Shown here in pieces: positions 49,529-59,371 of a DNA stretch of 64,000 nt (positions are counted from its first letter, which is position 1; the number at the start of each line of letters is the position of its first letter). This DNA comes from Deltaproteobacteria bacterium (lineage in GTDB: Bacteria; Myxococcota_A; Polyangia; Fen-1088), in the NCBI GenBank assembly GCA_033763315.1, contig JANRKS010000034.1:96001-160000 (forward strand). The letters run 5' to 3'. The position numbers were made by a program, and so were the translations under genes. A model generated the notes under the pieces. That model was not told the origin of the DNA and did no database searches. It worked only from the letters and a program-made list of their open reading frames with translations.

Positions 49529-52369
49529 ATGCCACAAGGTCCTACAGGGGCGCGTAGCCAAGCCGCTGACGGCGAGCGGCAATTCCCGATCCCGTTCGGG
49601 AATGTAGAGCTTTTGCGCCAACTGTCGACCGATCGGCGTGGCGAGGTCTACATCGCCTCACGCTTGGAGGGCCCCGACCGCCTTTGCGTGGTGAACATTT
49701 TAGGCGAAGCCCTTACGCGTCGCCCAGGCATGCGCGAGGAGCTCCGCGCCGAGGCGGCGTGGCTTGTAAGTCGCGTGCACGGCAATCTGGTGCAGATCTA
49801 CGACGTAGGGTCCACCGAACACGCGGGTGGGCCAGCCCGCAGGCCCGAATCGTGGGTCGGGCCGTTGCCTCAATCGCCTGATCAAGATCGCCTGTTTTTC
49901 ACGTGCGAATTGGTCGAGGGCCGCGATCTAGCCACATTCCTCAAGCGCGCCGAGGGCAGCGCCGTGCGCGTGCCGCCGGAGCTCGCGGTGCATTTGGCAA
50001 TGGAAGTGGCGTTTGCCTTGGAGTTCATTCGCGGCAATGAACACAAAGCCACGGGCGTTCCCTCGACCTGCGTGGGTTTGCACGCGGGCGCCGTATTGTT
50101 GGGCGTCGATGGCGCCGTTAAGCTCACGCACTATGGCTCGTGCCTCGCCCCCAGCATCGGCGACCTCGAAGATGCCGACGTAGGGCGTGCGTCTTTGCTT
50201 CCGCCCGAAGTGGCGCGCGGCGAATTTCCGTCTGAACGGTCTGATGTGTTCGCGGTGGCCTCGCTTTTGTGGCAAACACTCACCGGCCGTCCGCTTGCCG
50301 TTAAAGGCACGAAGCCGCACATCGAGGCCATGCGGCAGGGCCATTGGGTGGCCGAGCCCCCTTCAAAGCTCGAAGGCCCCGTGCGATCGATTCCGAAGGA
50401 GCTCGATACACTGATCCTGCAGGCGCTTGATGCGGATCCTGACAAGCGTCCGGCGGATGTGGCTGCGTTTCGCGCCGAGCTCGCGGCCTTTCAAAAGGCG
50501 CGCAACGTGCCAGTGGGCCCGTCAGAAGTGCGCAGTTTCGTCGCCGAGCTTTTTGGGCGAGAGCTGTCTGAAGATGCGGCGGCTTTCACAGCGCTGGCCG
50601 CACGCGTGGAAGCGGAAAGCCCCGTGGCACCTCCCGGCGGCCGCAACACCACCAACACGCTCACCGATTTTCACGCGCGCCGCAAACGCACGCCGTTGCA
50701 AAGCGAACGCGAACTTGCGATTGGCGAAGTCATCCCGGGATCACGTTACCGCGCGCTTGCGAAGTTAGGTGAAGGCGGCATGGGCGTGGTCTATGCGGCC
50801 GAACACGTCGACATAGAAAAGCGTGTGGCGCTCAAGTTGTTGCACGCTGATTTGCTTGAAAACCAGCACGTTCTTCAGCAATTTCGGCAAGAGGCGCGGG
50901 CTGCTTCGCGCATTGGCAATCCTTACATTTGCGACGTGACGGACTGGGGCGAGGTGGCCGATGGCCGCGTCTTCTTCGTCATGGAGTATCTCGACGGCGC
51001 TTCGCTTTCGCGCGAGATCAAGCGCTGCCGGCGGTTGCCTCCTGAACGTGCCATTCCGATCTTGCGCCAAGTGGCCAAAGCGTTGGGCGCGGCTCATCAA
51101 AAGGGCATCGTTCACTTGGACATGAAGCCCGACAACGTGCTTCTCATCGAGAAGGATGGCCGCCGCGATTACGTCAAGGTCGTGGACTTCGGCATCGCTG
51201 GGTTGCTGGGCCAAGCGGGCATCGGTGGCAAAGTGATGGGCACGCCAGAGTACATGGCGCCCGAACGCACGATGGGTGGCGGCAACGATCGCCGCAGCGA
51301 CATCTATGCACTAGGCGTGATGGCGTACGAGATGTTGGCGGGCGAAGTGCCATTTCAGGGCGTGACCGCGGTGGAGACCTTGGCCATGCACGCCACCGAT
51401 GCTCCCGATCCCATCAACGAGCGCGTCACCAAGAGCATTCCAAAAGCGCTTGAGGACGTCGTGATGCGGATGTTGGAAAAGGATCCGCTTTCGCGCCCAC
51501 AAACGATGGCTGAGGTCGAGGCCTTGTTGTGCGAAGCGCAGCTCGACGCGCGCGTTAAAACGGGTTGGGACGACTTGCCGATCCCGCAAGTTGATCCGAC
51601 GCGGGCGGAACGCTTGGTGAAGCGTTATCGGTCGCACGCTTCGCCTCGCACAACGATGATCTTTGCCGCCGCTGCTGCGGTCGTGTTGGCGGTGGTGGGC
51701 GTGGCTGTCGTTGCGTTGTCCCGATCGCCCGTGCAGGTCGTTGTGGAGAACAACCCGGCTACCGTTCCCACCTCACAGGATCCCGAGTCCGTGATGGCGA
51801 AGGCGGCTGTCATTCCCTCAGCCGAGGCACCCAGGCCTCCCGCGGCTCCTGTGCCGCCGCCCGTGGTGGAGCCCGAACGACGACCTGTGGCGGCGCGGCC
51901 TCGTTCAAAGGCCGAACCCGAGACACCGCCTTCAAGCGCAAAAGCTCAAGCCGCAAACGCTGACGAGCCGCGTGAATCCGAAGAGGCGGGCAGCAAACGC
52001 TCAGGCGATCGGGCGCGTGCCAAAGAAGCGGCCGACCGAGGCATGATCGCTTTGGACTCCGGCCAATACAAATTGGCGCGGCAAGAGTTCGACGCGGCCA
52101 TTCGCGCTGATGCCAACTACGCACCTGCTGTGGGCGGTTTGGCTGAAGTTGATTTTGAAGAGTCCAGTTATCAAAGCGCCGCGAAGCTCGCCAGCAAGGC
52201 GGTGCGCCTATCTCCGAACGTGCGCTACTTGATGCTGCTGGGTGACGCCTACTCGAAACTGAAACAGTTCGAAAACGCCGTCGGTGCCTATGAAAAAGCG
52301 CGCGCGTTGGATCCAGGCAACGCCGACATCACGCGCCGCCTGGAACGTGTGAAAGTCTTGGTTCCTTAG
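49529..52369 (+). CDS. Tandem pseudokinase-Ser/Thr kinase, TM, Pro-rich linker, TPR
   Basis: Domain 1 degenerate; domain 2 GEGGMG, VALK, HLDMKPDN, DFG, GTPEYMAPE; TM IFAAAAAVVLAVVGVAVVAL; TPR LGDAY..A..AYEKARALDP. Confidence 0.92.
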   Translation: MPQGPTGARSQAADGERQFPIPFGNVELLRQLSTDRRGEVYIASRLEGPDRLCVVNILGEALTRRPGMREELRAEAAWLVSRVHGNLVQIYDVGSTEHAGGPARRPESWVGPLPQSPDQDRLFFTCELVEGRDLATFLKRAEGSAVRVPPELAVHLAMEVAFALEFIRGNEHKATGVPSTCVGLHAGAVLLGVDGAVKLTHYGSCLAPSIGDLEDADVGRASLLPPEVARGEFPSERSDVFAVASLLWQTLTGRPLAVKGTKPHIEAMRQGHWVAEPPSKLEGPVRSIPKELDTLILQALDADPDKRPADVAAFRAELAAFQKARNVPVGPSEVRSFVAELFGRELSEDAAAFTALAARVEAESPVAPPGGRNTTNTLTDFHARRKRTPLQSERELAIGEVIPGSRYRALAKLGEGGMGVVYAAEHVDIEKRVALKLLHADLLENQHVLQQFRQEARAASRIGNPYICDVTDWGEVADGRVFFVMEYLDGASLSREIKRCRRLPPERAIPILRQVAKALGAAHQKGIVHLDMKPDNVLLIEKDGRRDYVKVVDFGIAGLLGQAGIGGKVMGTPEYMAPERTMGGGNDRRSDIYALGVMAYEMLAGEVPFQGVTAVETLAMHATDAPDPINERVTKSIPKALEDVVMRMLEKDPLSRPQTMAEVEALLCEAQLDARVKTGWDDLPIPQVDPTRAERLVKRYRSHASPRTTMIFAAAAAVVLAVVGVAVVALSRSPVQVVVENNPATVPTSQDPESVMAKAAVIPSAEAPRPPAAPVPPPVVEPERRPVAARPRSKAEPETPPSSAKAQAANADEPRESEEAGSKRSGDRARAKEAADRGMIALDSGQYKLARQEFDAAIRADANYAPAVGGLAEVDFEESSYQSAAKLASKAVRLSPNVRYLMLLGDAYSKLKQFENAVGAYEKARALDPGNADITRRLERVKVLVP

Positions 52370-52386
52370 GGGCCAGTTTTCGCGGG

Positions 52387-52851
52387 TCAGGTTGCGCTGA
52401 ACACGCCCGAGGCGTCTGCGTCTTGCGGCCACGGCTGGGGCAGTGATGTGTGGCCGACATTGAATGTAGAAGCGCGGTCCAACATGAACACAAGCTCGTC
52501 GTCCCGTAGACGCTTGGATTCCGGAAACACCAAGTAGACGAGCGCTCGTACATCGCCGCGTTTGTCGTGCACTGGCAACGCCACGGCGCTTTCCTCCGGC
52601 AATGGACTCAGCGGCGCAAAGCGCGTGGGACGCTTACGGCCTGTGCACGTGGAAAGAGCCGCGTTGCGCTCGAACGCCAGACCGGCCAAGCCTTGACCGC
52701 GGGAAACAACGCGTGCGCTTGCCACCACCAGCGGTGGCAGCTGATAAGCCGCGACCATCAGAAGAAGCCCGCTGTCCCCTCGTTCGTAAACGATTCCGGC
52801 CACGGCTTGATGCTCACGCACAAACTTCCTGAGCCATGCATCTGCGTCCAC
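52387..52851 (-). CDS. Stand-alone GAF domain protein
   Basis: LLMVAAY.LP, GQGLAGLAFER, AVALPV..RGDVRAL. Confidence 0.72.
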   Translation of the reverse strand: MDADAWLRKFVREHQAVAGIVYERGDSGLLLMVAAYQLPPLVVASARVVSRGQGLAGLAFERNAALSTCTGRKRPTRFAPLSPLPEESAVALPVHDKRGDVRALVYLVFPESKRLRDDELVFMLDRASTFNVGHTSLPQPWPQDADASGVFSAT

Positions 52852-53013
52852 GTGTCACCCCCCAACTGCGGTCTTTCAGCGTACTCGATCTCTTGGCCAT
52901 CCGAAAAGGCGAAATTGCGCGATAAAAACCGAGCAAATCGCGCGTTTATTCCTCATGGAGAAATGGTCGTACGTGAGCTTACGCTTGGCGATTTTTCGTG
53001 AGACGAAGGGCGC

Positions 53014-56000
53014 TCACGCCAGACTCAGGTTGGCTTTTGGATCTGCATCTTCTGTGAGCAGTGTCTGCGGCACGCCGTCAATGTAAGTCACTGTGTGGTG
53101 CATCTGTGCGGGCACGCGTGGGCCTGGTGAAAGGATGCCGGCGAGATTGAGTGGATCGCAGCCCGACAGCGTGACCCGGTGGCCGCCCTTTGGGCTGCGG
53201 CGCATGGCGCGCAAAGCCTCCAACGCTTCAGGCAGCGCGAACTGTTCGCCCACAAAGCCTTCGACCAAGCGACCGCCCCTGATTTCGCCGCGCATTTCCA
53301 TCAAGCGGTAAGTTTGCACAAGGTCCCGCCACGGCGGCGCATACGTCTCACGCGCCAACAGATCTCGAAAGACGACGCCATAACGACGCAAATACTGGCG
53401 GGCCAAAATATCGCGCCGGTTCTCCTGCCCGTCGTCCACCCCCGCGCCCGAGTGGTGGTCGAGGTTGGCCTGCGCTTTCTGCACGGCGGGTGAATGCAGC
53501 AGGGTCCAGCGGCCTGCGCCAAACCGCGATGGTTTGGGCGTTGCCGCCGGTGTTTGGCGCCCATACCAACGGGTGCCCGCCGATGGCGTGCGTCGGTCGG
53601 CGTGCGGCAAAAGCGCCCGCAAACTGGAGAAACCGTCAGCGCTCACGAAGCCGGCTGCCACTAATTCCCACAGATCCTCTTCAGCGTCGGCGCGGCGCAG
53701 TTGTAGGGCGGCGGTGATGTCTTCAAGGAAGCTGGCGCCTGCGGAGCGTAAGAACGCCAGGATGTTCTTCGCGCCGGGGCTCAACGTAGCCTCGCACTCG
53801 CTGGCCGTGGCTTGGTTCGTTGTAAGCAACCACGGCAAATCGCGCCGCAAGACCAAGCCGATGGGAGCGGCCCGCGTCGCCATTGTGCTTGGATCTGGGC
53901 GCGGCGCCAAACGGCCCCACGACACGTGACCACCCAAACAAAGATCATCAAGCCACCCCGGATCATAATCGGTTAAGCGGGCGGGAAGCAGCGCGCTTTC
54001 CCACGCCCCGGCGGCCGCCTCGAATCCCTGCAATTGGCCTATGATTTCAAGCAAGCCGTCGCGCGATGACAATTGGCCGCCGCTGACGTGTTGCCATGAA
54101 AACAAGAAACGCATCAAATCCGCGGCCGTGGCCGGTTCGATGTTGCGGCGAAGGCCATCAACGGTGAGTCGGTTGGCGCGGGCAAGCAAGCGACGGTCTA
54201 TCCATTGCGTTGCCGCAGCCTCGTTGTCCACGGCCGTCCAATGACCACGCATCACATGGCCCATGCCTTCCACAACCGCCAGCGCGCCTTCGACGTAGGC
54301 CGCATCAAGGGCAAGCCGCCGCGCAAACGCTGCCGTGGTGGTGGGGCCTGAAAATCCCATGTGCCCGCGCACAAGCTCCGCCAAAGCGCCCTCCACCCCT
54401 TCCCACGTGGGTGCACGTCGCAAAGGCGGCTCCTCAACCGCGGGTGCGATGTGCGCCTCGGGCCATAACGTCTTTGCCATGCCCAAGCGCTCGGCGGGTA
54501 TCCACAGCGCCAGCCCTTCGTGCGTCAACGTTGCCGCTCGCCGCGTTTGCTCGAGTGCCGCGAACGCTGGCTCCCAACCGCGGGCGCGGCCTTCGTCTGC
54601 GGGCCACGCGATCACATCCAACAGCACGTCGTGCAATTCGTCGGGCGATCGCACAAGCGGCGCTGCCGCTTGCACCACGCTGGCCAGGGCGTCTGGATCA
54701 AGGCGTCCCAAGCCCGCCGCCAGATCCGCTGGCAAGCCCCGCCGCACGGCCACGGCGCGCGAACGGCGCTCTTCCAAAGGCGCGTCGTCCAAGAAGGCAT
54801 AGGGGTTGGCGTTTAAGATCTCGTGTGCGAACACCGACGGTTCCGTTGTTTCCCTCACCACAGTCGCGATGCGCCCGGCGGCCAAATCGGTGAGCACGCG
54901 CTTGAGTCCCTCAGCGTCCATGATTTCACTTAAGCAATCGTGAACCGTTTGTTTCACCAGTGGGTGATCGGGCACTTCGATCGCGCCGCCGCCATGGTTG
55001 TCTTGGCAAGCCACTTGACCGGGAAACACGGCGGCCAGCAGATCTTGCGATCGCATGCGTTGGAGGTTGGGGGGCACGCGCTTGCCGTTTTGCGTGCGCC
55101 GCAAAGCCAAAGACCGCGTGGCGTTCCACCGCCAACGTGTCTCAAACATGGGCGCTTGCAACGCCGCTTGCGTGAGCAACTCATCCACAAGCTCGGGCCG
55201 CAACATCTGCAAGATCAATTCAAGCGGGAAGCTGTGCTGAGGCGACAGCGACAACAACACGCCTTCGTCAGTGGCCGCCGCCTGCAACTCAAAATCAAAC
55301 GACCGGCAAAACCGCTTGCGCAAGGCCATTCCCCACGCACGGTTGATGCGGCCGCCAAACGGGGCGTGGATCACCAATTGGGTGCCGCCTGATTCATCGA
55401 AAAAACGCTCGGCCACGACGCACGTTTGTGATGGCACGGCGCCGAGCTGTGCGTGGCCCGAAGTGACGTATGCCTGCAGCAGCTTTGCGCCGCTTTCATC
55501 CAATGCGCAGGCTTGCATGATGGCTGCGGTTGCGGCCAAGCGCGGCGCTGTGTCGTCATCGGCGGGTACAAGATCGGCGCGCAAGGCTCCCACACCGTAC
55601 GAAAGCTCGTAGGATCGCGCTGGCCCTTCGCCAAACCAAAATGGCACCGATGGTGGCGCACCAGCGGCGTCTTCCACGCGCACGCGGCCATTTTCAACGC
55701 GGCGAATGCGCCACGATGTGTTGCCCAGCAAGATGATGTCGCCCGCTTGTGAATCGATGGCGAAATCTTCATCCAAGGTGCCCACGACTGTGCCTTCGGG
55801 ATCCAGCACCACGTCGAACAGAGCCGTGTCTGGAATGGCGCCGCCCGAAGTGATGGCCGTCAGGCGCGCGCCGTTGCGGGCGCGCAATTTGCGGTTCACG
55901 CCGTCGCGGTGAAGCAGGGCGCTGTTGCGGCCACGGCTGGTGGAGATGCCGTCCGCCAGCATGTCGACGATGGCGTTGAAGGTCTCGCGTGAAAGGTCTT

Positions 56001-57360
56001 TGTAGGGTGCTGCCAACCGCATCGTTTCGAACAGCGCGTCCTCGTCCCACGTTTCGCAGGCGCAAGCGGCGACGATTTGCTGGGCCAAGATGTCCACGGG
56101 CGCCACGCGCGGCAACACTTTGTCGAGTTCGCCTCGGCGAGCGGCGCGCACGAGCGCCGCGCATTCCACCAGCTGGTCCCGTGTCAGCGGAAACAAGCGC
56201 GCCTTAGGCGTGCCGCCCACGGCGTGGCCAGCGCGGCCGATGCGTTGCACGCCCGTGGCGATGGATCTGGGTGAGCCAACCAAACACACAAGATCCACGG
56301 ACCCAATGTCGATGCCCAGCTCCAAGGAAGCCGTTGCCACCACCAACTGCAAATCGCCGCCCTTCAAGCGTTGCTCCGTGGCAAAGCGGCGCTCGCGCGA
56401 CAGGCTGCCATGGTGCGCCCCCACGCATTCGGCCCCCAATCGCGCTGAAAGGTTGTGTGCCACGCGTTCCACCAACCGCCGCGTGTTTACGAACACAAGT
56501 GTTGAGCGGTGCTGGCGTGCAAGCTCCGCCAGGCGATCATAGAACTCCGTCCACTGTTCATTGGTGCACACCGCACCCAACTCATCGCGAGGCACCTCAA
56601 TGGCCAGATCCAACGTGCGAGGCCGTGAGGCGTTTACAACGTCGGGTGGCGGTCGGTTGCCCACCAGAAGCTCCATCGCTGAGGTGAGTGGATGGATCGT
56701 GGCGGATAGGCCCACCCGCTGCAGCGGCGTTTCCACGAGCGCTTGCAACCGCTCAAGCGACAGCGCCAAGTGACTGCCCCGTTTGTCAGCGGCCAAGGCA
56801 TGAATTTCGTCGACGATGACGGTGCGAACAAACTTCAGCGACCGTCGGCCCGACTCAGACGTAAGCAAAATGTAAAGTGACTCGGGCGTTGTGACCAGCA
56901 CGTGCGGCGGCTTGCGAACGGCGTCCCGGCGTTCTTTGAGGCTCGTGTCGCCCGTGCGTACGGCCGTGCGGATGGGCGGCAACACGAGGCCACGCGCGGC
57001 CGCGAGCGCGTTGAGTTCCGCTAGCGGCGTCTCCAGGTTGCGGCGTACGTCGTTCGAAAGGGCTTTAAGGGGCGACACATACACAATGAACGTGCGATCC
57101 GGCCACCCACCCTCGTCGTCGCGGCCCTCGAAGCCTTCGACGTCCGCCGGTGACGCTCCAATGCCGGCCATTGCATTAAGCGCGCGCTTAATGAGCTCGT
57201 CCAATCCCGCCAGGAACGCGGCCAGCGTCTTACCGGACCCCGTGGGCGCCGTGATCAGCACATTGCGACCAGCCGCAATGAGCGGCCACGCTTCGGCTTG
57301 GGCCACCGTGGGCTGCCCAAACCTTTGGGCGAACCACTCTTGGACAAGGGGGTGGACCAT
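53014..57360 (-). CDS. lhr: Lhr-family SF2 DEAH helicase with C-terminal HTH/AlkZ-like extension
   Basis: APTGSGKT, SPLKAL, RTGDT, TTPESL, DEIH, SAT, HHGSLS, LELGIDIG, QRIGRAGH; C-term RYGVVFR..GEIRGG.LV.GF.GEQFA..DPLN. Confidence 0.94.
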   Translation of the reverse strand: MVHPLVQEWFAQRFGQPTVAQAEAWPLIAAGRNVLITAPTGSGKTLAAFLAGLDELIKRALNAMAGIGASPADVEGFEGRDDEGGWPDRTFIVYVSPLKALSNDVRRNLETPLAELNALAAARGLVLPPIRTAVRTGDTSLKERRDAVRKPPHVLVTTPESLYILLTSESGRRSLKFVRTVIVDEIHALAADKRGSHLALSLERLQALVETPLQRVGLSATIHPLTSAMELLVGNRPPPDVVNASRPRTLDLAIEVPRDELGAVCTNEQWTEFYDRLAELARQHRSTLVFVNTRRLVERVAHNLSARLGAECVGAHHGSLSRERRFATEQRLKGGDLQLVVATASLELGIDIGSVDLVCLVGSPRSIATGVQRIGRAGHAVGGTPKARLFPLTRDQLVECAALVRAARRGELDKVLPRVAPVDILAQQIVAACACETWDEDALFETMRLAAPYKDLSRETFNAIVDMLADGISTSRGRNSALLHRDGVNRKLRARNGARLTAITSGGAIPDTALFDVVLDPEGTVVGTLDEDFAIDSQAGDIILLGNTSWRIRRVENGRVRVEDAAGAPPSVPFWFGEGPARSYELSYGVGALRADLVPADDDTAPRLAATAAIMQACALDESGAKLLQAYVTSGHAQLGAVPSQTCVVAERFFDESGGTQLVIHAPFGGRINRAWGMALRKRFCRSFDFELQAAATDEGVLLSLSPQHSFPLELILQMLRPELVDELLTQAALQAPMFETRWRWNATRSLALRRTQNGKRVPPNLQRMRSQDLLAAVFPGQVACQDNHGGGAIEVPDHPLVKQTVHDCLSEIMDAEGLKRVLTDLAAGRIATVVRETTEPSVFAHEILNANPYAFLDDAPLEERRSRAVAVRRGLPADLAAGLGRLDPDALASVVQAAAPLVRSPDELHDVLLDVIAWPADEGRARGWEPAFAALEQTRRAATLTHEGLALWIPAERLGMAKTLWPEAHIAPAVEEPPLRRAPTWEGVEGALAELVRGHMGFSGPTTTAAFARRLALDAAYVEGALAVVEGMGHVMRGHWTAVDNEAAATQWIDRRLLARANRLTVDGLRRNIEPATAADLMRFLFSWQHVSGGQLSSRDGLLEIIGQLQGFEAAAGAWESALLPARLTDYDPGWLDDLCLGGHVSWGRLAPRPDPSTMATRAAPIGLVLRRDLPWLLTTNQATASECEATLSPGAKNILAFLRSAGASFLEDITAALQLRRADAEEDLWELVAAGFVSADGFSSLRALLPHADRRTPSAGTRWYGRQTPAATPKPSRFGAGRWTLLHSPAVQKAQANLDHHSGAGVDDGQENRRDILARQYLRRYGVVFRDLLARETYAPPWRDLVQTYRLMEMRGEIRGGRLVEGFVGEQFALPEALEALRAMRRSPKGGHRVTLSGCDPLNLAGILSPGPRVPAQMHHTVTYIDGVPQTLLTEDADPKANLSLA

Positions 57361-57459
57361 TTGTTCAGCATGTTAGCCACGGGCGCGGGCAGTTGCAAAC
57401 GTTCCACTGACGGCGACGTCAGGGCGTCAGGCTGCAACAAATCCTGTATGTTTCGCCGC

Positions 57460-58695
57460 GTGAAAGCGAAGCCGCGCGCCGTCCCTCTCGACCCTGCGAC
57501 CACCGCTCGGGTCACGCCCCGGGGCCGCAGGCGCATCGAGGCCGGCCACCCTTGGGTGTTCCGGCAGGACGTTGAGGCGGGGCCCCTGGCGGATGCGCTT
57601 ACGGGCGGTCCGCCGCTTGTGACCGTGGTCGACGACCGTCAACAGCCTCTGGGACTAGCCATGTGGGCGGCCACATCTCCCGTCGCTTTGCGCATCGTGA
57701 CGCGTGCCGCCGTGCCGTCCCCGGCGTCCGGCGACCTTCTGTCGCTCGTCAAACAACGCTTCGCGGCCGCCATCGAGAACCGGCGGAACATGGGGATCGC
57801 GGCCGACCAATCCGCTTACCGTGTGGTGCATGCGGAGGGCGACGACCTGCCCGGCTTGTTCGTCGACAAATACGCACACGCGGCGGTTGTGCAGGTCGCC
57901 GCCACAGCTTTGGAACCACTGTTGCCCGCCATTGTGGAAATGGTCCGCGAGGCATTGCAGGTAAAAATGGTTGTGGGGCGCAATGACACCTCAATGCGCG
58001 ATTTTGAGGGCCTGCCCCGCGCGGACAGCCTGCTGTGGGGCGAGGGCGAGACCACCATCAAGTATTGGTTAGGCCCCAATCAACTCGAAGCCGATCTATT
58101 GCGCGATGGCAAGACGGGGGGCTTTTTGGATCAAGCCGAAAACCACGCCTTCGTAGCGTCGCTTGCCAAGCCGGGCGGCCGCTCGTTGGACGCATTCACG
58201 TTCCACGGTGGTTTTGCTTTGGCGTTGGCCCGCAAGTCATCGCACGTGTTGGCGGCCGACGCGGATCTCGAGGCCAGCCGGCGTGCGCGCGCCAATGCCG
58301 CCTTGAATGATTTTTCACACATGGAGGTGCGCTGCGCCGACGCGTACCAACTGCTGTCGACGCTGGAGGCCAGTGGTCAACGCTTCGACACGGTGGTTTT
58401 GGATCCACCGGCTTTTGCCAAGCGATCAGGCGCCGTCGCTGCCGCTGAGCGCGCTTACCACGAGCTCATCGTGCGTGGGATTCGCGTGGCCGCCCCTGGT
58501 GCGCTGCTCGTGGCGTGTTCGTGTTCGGGCCAAGTGGATCGGGCGTTGTGGGATCGCTTGGTCGGCGAAGCCGCCGCCACCGCGGGTCGACCTGTGCAAG
58601 TGTTGGCCCGCCGAGGCGCAGGCCTGGACCACCCTGAGCGTTTGGGCGTTCCTGAGACGGGTCACTTGAAGTGTTGGGTGATGAGGGTGCTGTAA
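57460..58695 (+). CDS. rlmI: 23S rRNA m5C1962 methyltransferase-like (PUA + SAM)
   Basis: GHPWVF, YRVVHAEGD.LPGL.VD.Y, KTG.FLDQ..N, LDPPAF, CSCS. Confidence 0.88.
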   Translation: MKAKPRAVPLDPATTARVTPRGRRRIEAGHPWVFRQDVEAGPLADALTGGPPLVTVVDDRQQPLGLAMWAATSPVALRIVTRAAVPSPASGDLLSLVKQRFAAAIENRRNMGIAADQSAYRVVHAEGDDLPGLFVDKYAHAAVVQVAATALEPLLPAIVEMVREALQVKMVVGRNDTSMRDFEGLPRADSLLWGEGETTIKYWLGPNQLEADLLRDGKTGGFLDQAENHAFVASLAKPGGRSLDAFTFHGGFALALARKSSHVLAADADLEASRRARANAALNDFSHMEVRCADAYQLLSTLEASGQRFDTVVLDPPAFAKRSGAVAAAERAYHELIVRGIRVAAPGALLVACSCSGQVDRALWDRLVGEAAATAGRPVQVLARRGAGLDHPERLGVPETGHLKCWVMRVL

Positions 58696-58714
58696 GCGGC
58701 ATCGAAAGGTGGCA

Positions 58715-59371
58715 ATGAAAGCGCTGGATCGAAAACAACATTTGTACTTGTGGTTAGGTGGCCTGTTCGTCGCCGCTTTGCTCACGGGCGACTTCATCGG
58801 CGGCCGACTGTTTCGCTTGGCTGGGCACGATTTTTCGGCGGGCATGTTGGCCTTTCCACTGACCTTTCTGCTCACAGACGTCGTCAACGAGTTCTATGGG
58901 CCCAAAGCCACACGCCGGCTCACGTTCGTGGGTTTGGGAGCGGCGGCGTTTGCGTTCTTGGTCATTAACATCGCATTGGCGTTGCCAGTGAGTCCCGAAT
59001 CGCCGTTGTCCGATGCGGCCTTTCGGTCCACCTTCGGCGCGTCCTCACGCATCTACATCGCTTCGATGGTGGCTTACGTGGTGGGGCAGATGCTGGACAT
59101 CGCCGTGTTTCAGGCTTTCCGAAAATTTACCAAGCATCGGTTTTTGTGGGCGCGCGCTACGGGCTCAACTTTGATCAGCCAAGCCAGTGACACGCTTATC
59201 GTCACGTTTATCTTTTTGGGTGGCACAAAATCAGCCGGCTTTATCTTGGGAGTGGCCCGTGACTCCTATGTTGTGAAACTGGTGGCGGCTGTGGCGCTTA
59301 CCCCGCTCATTTACGGCTTACACGCGCTGTTCGGGCGTTTGCTTTCGATCGACGAGTCGCCCGCCACCTAG
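58715..59371 (+). CDS. yhhQ: Queuosine precursor transporter (Vut_1/YhhQ)
   Basis: FPLTFLLTDVVNEFYG, ASMVAY.VGQ.LDI, W.RA.GST.ISQ.SDT. Confidence 0.9.
   Translation: MKALDRKQHLYLWLGGLFVAALLTGDFIGGRLFRLAGHDFSAGMLAFPLTFLLTDVVNEFYGPKATRRLTFVGLGAAAFAFLVINIALALPVSPESPLSDAAFRSTFGASSRIYIASMVAYVVGQMLDIAVFQAFRKFTKHRFLWARATGSTLISQASDTLIVTFIFLGGTKSAGFILGVARDSYVVKLVAAVALTPLIYGLHALFGRLLSIDESPAT

Noticed and set aside
58680-58714. preQ1 riboswitch upstream of yhhQ
   Set aside because: Only a 19-nt gap after rlmI and no consensus.
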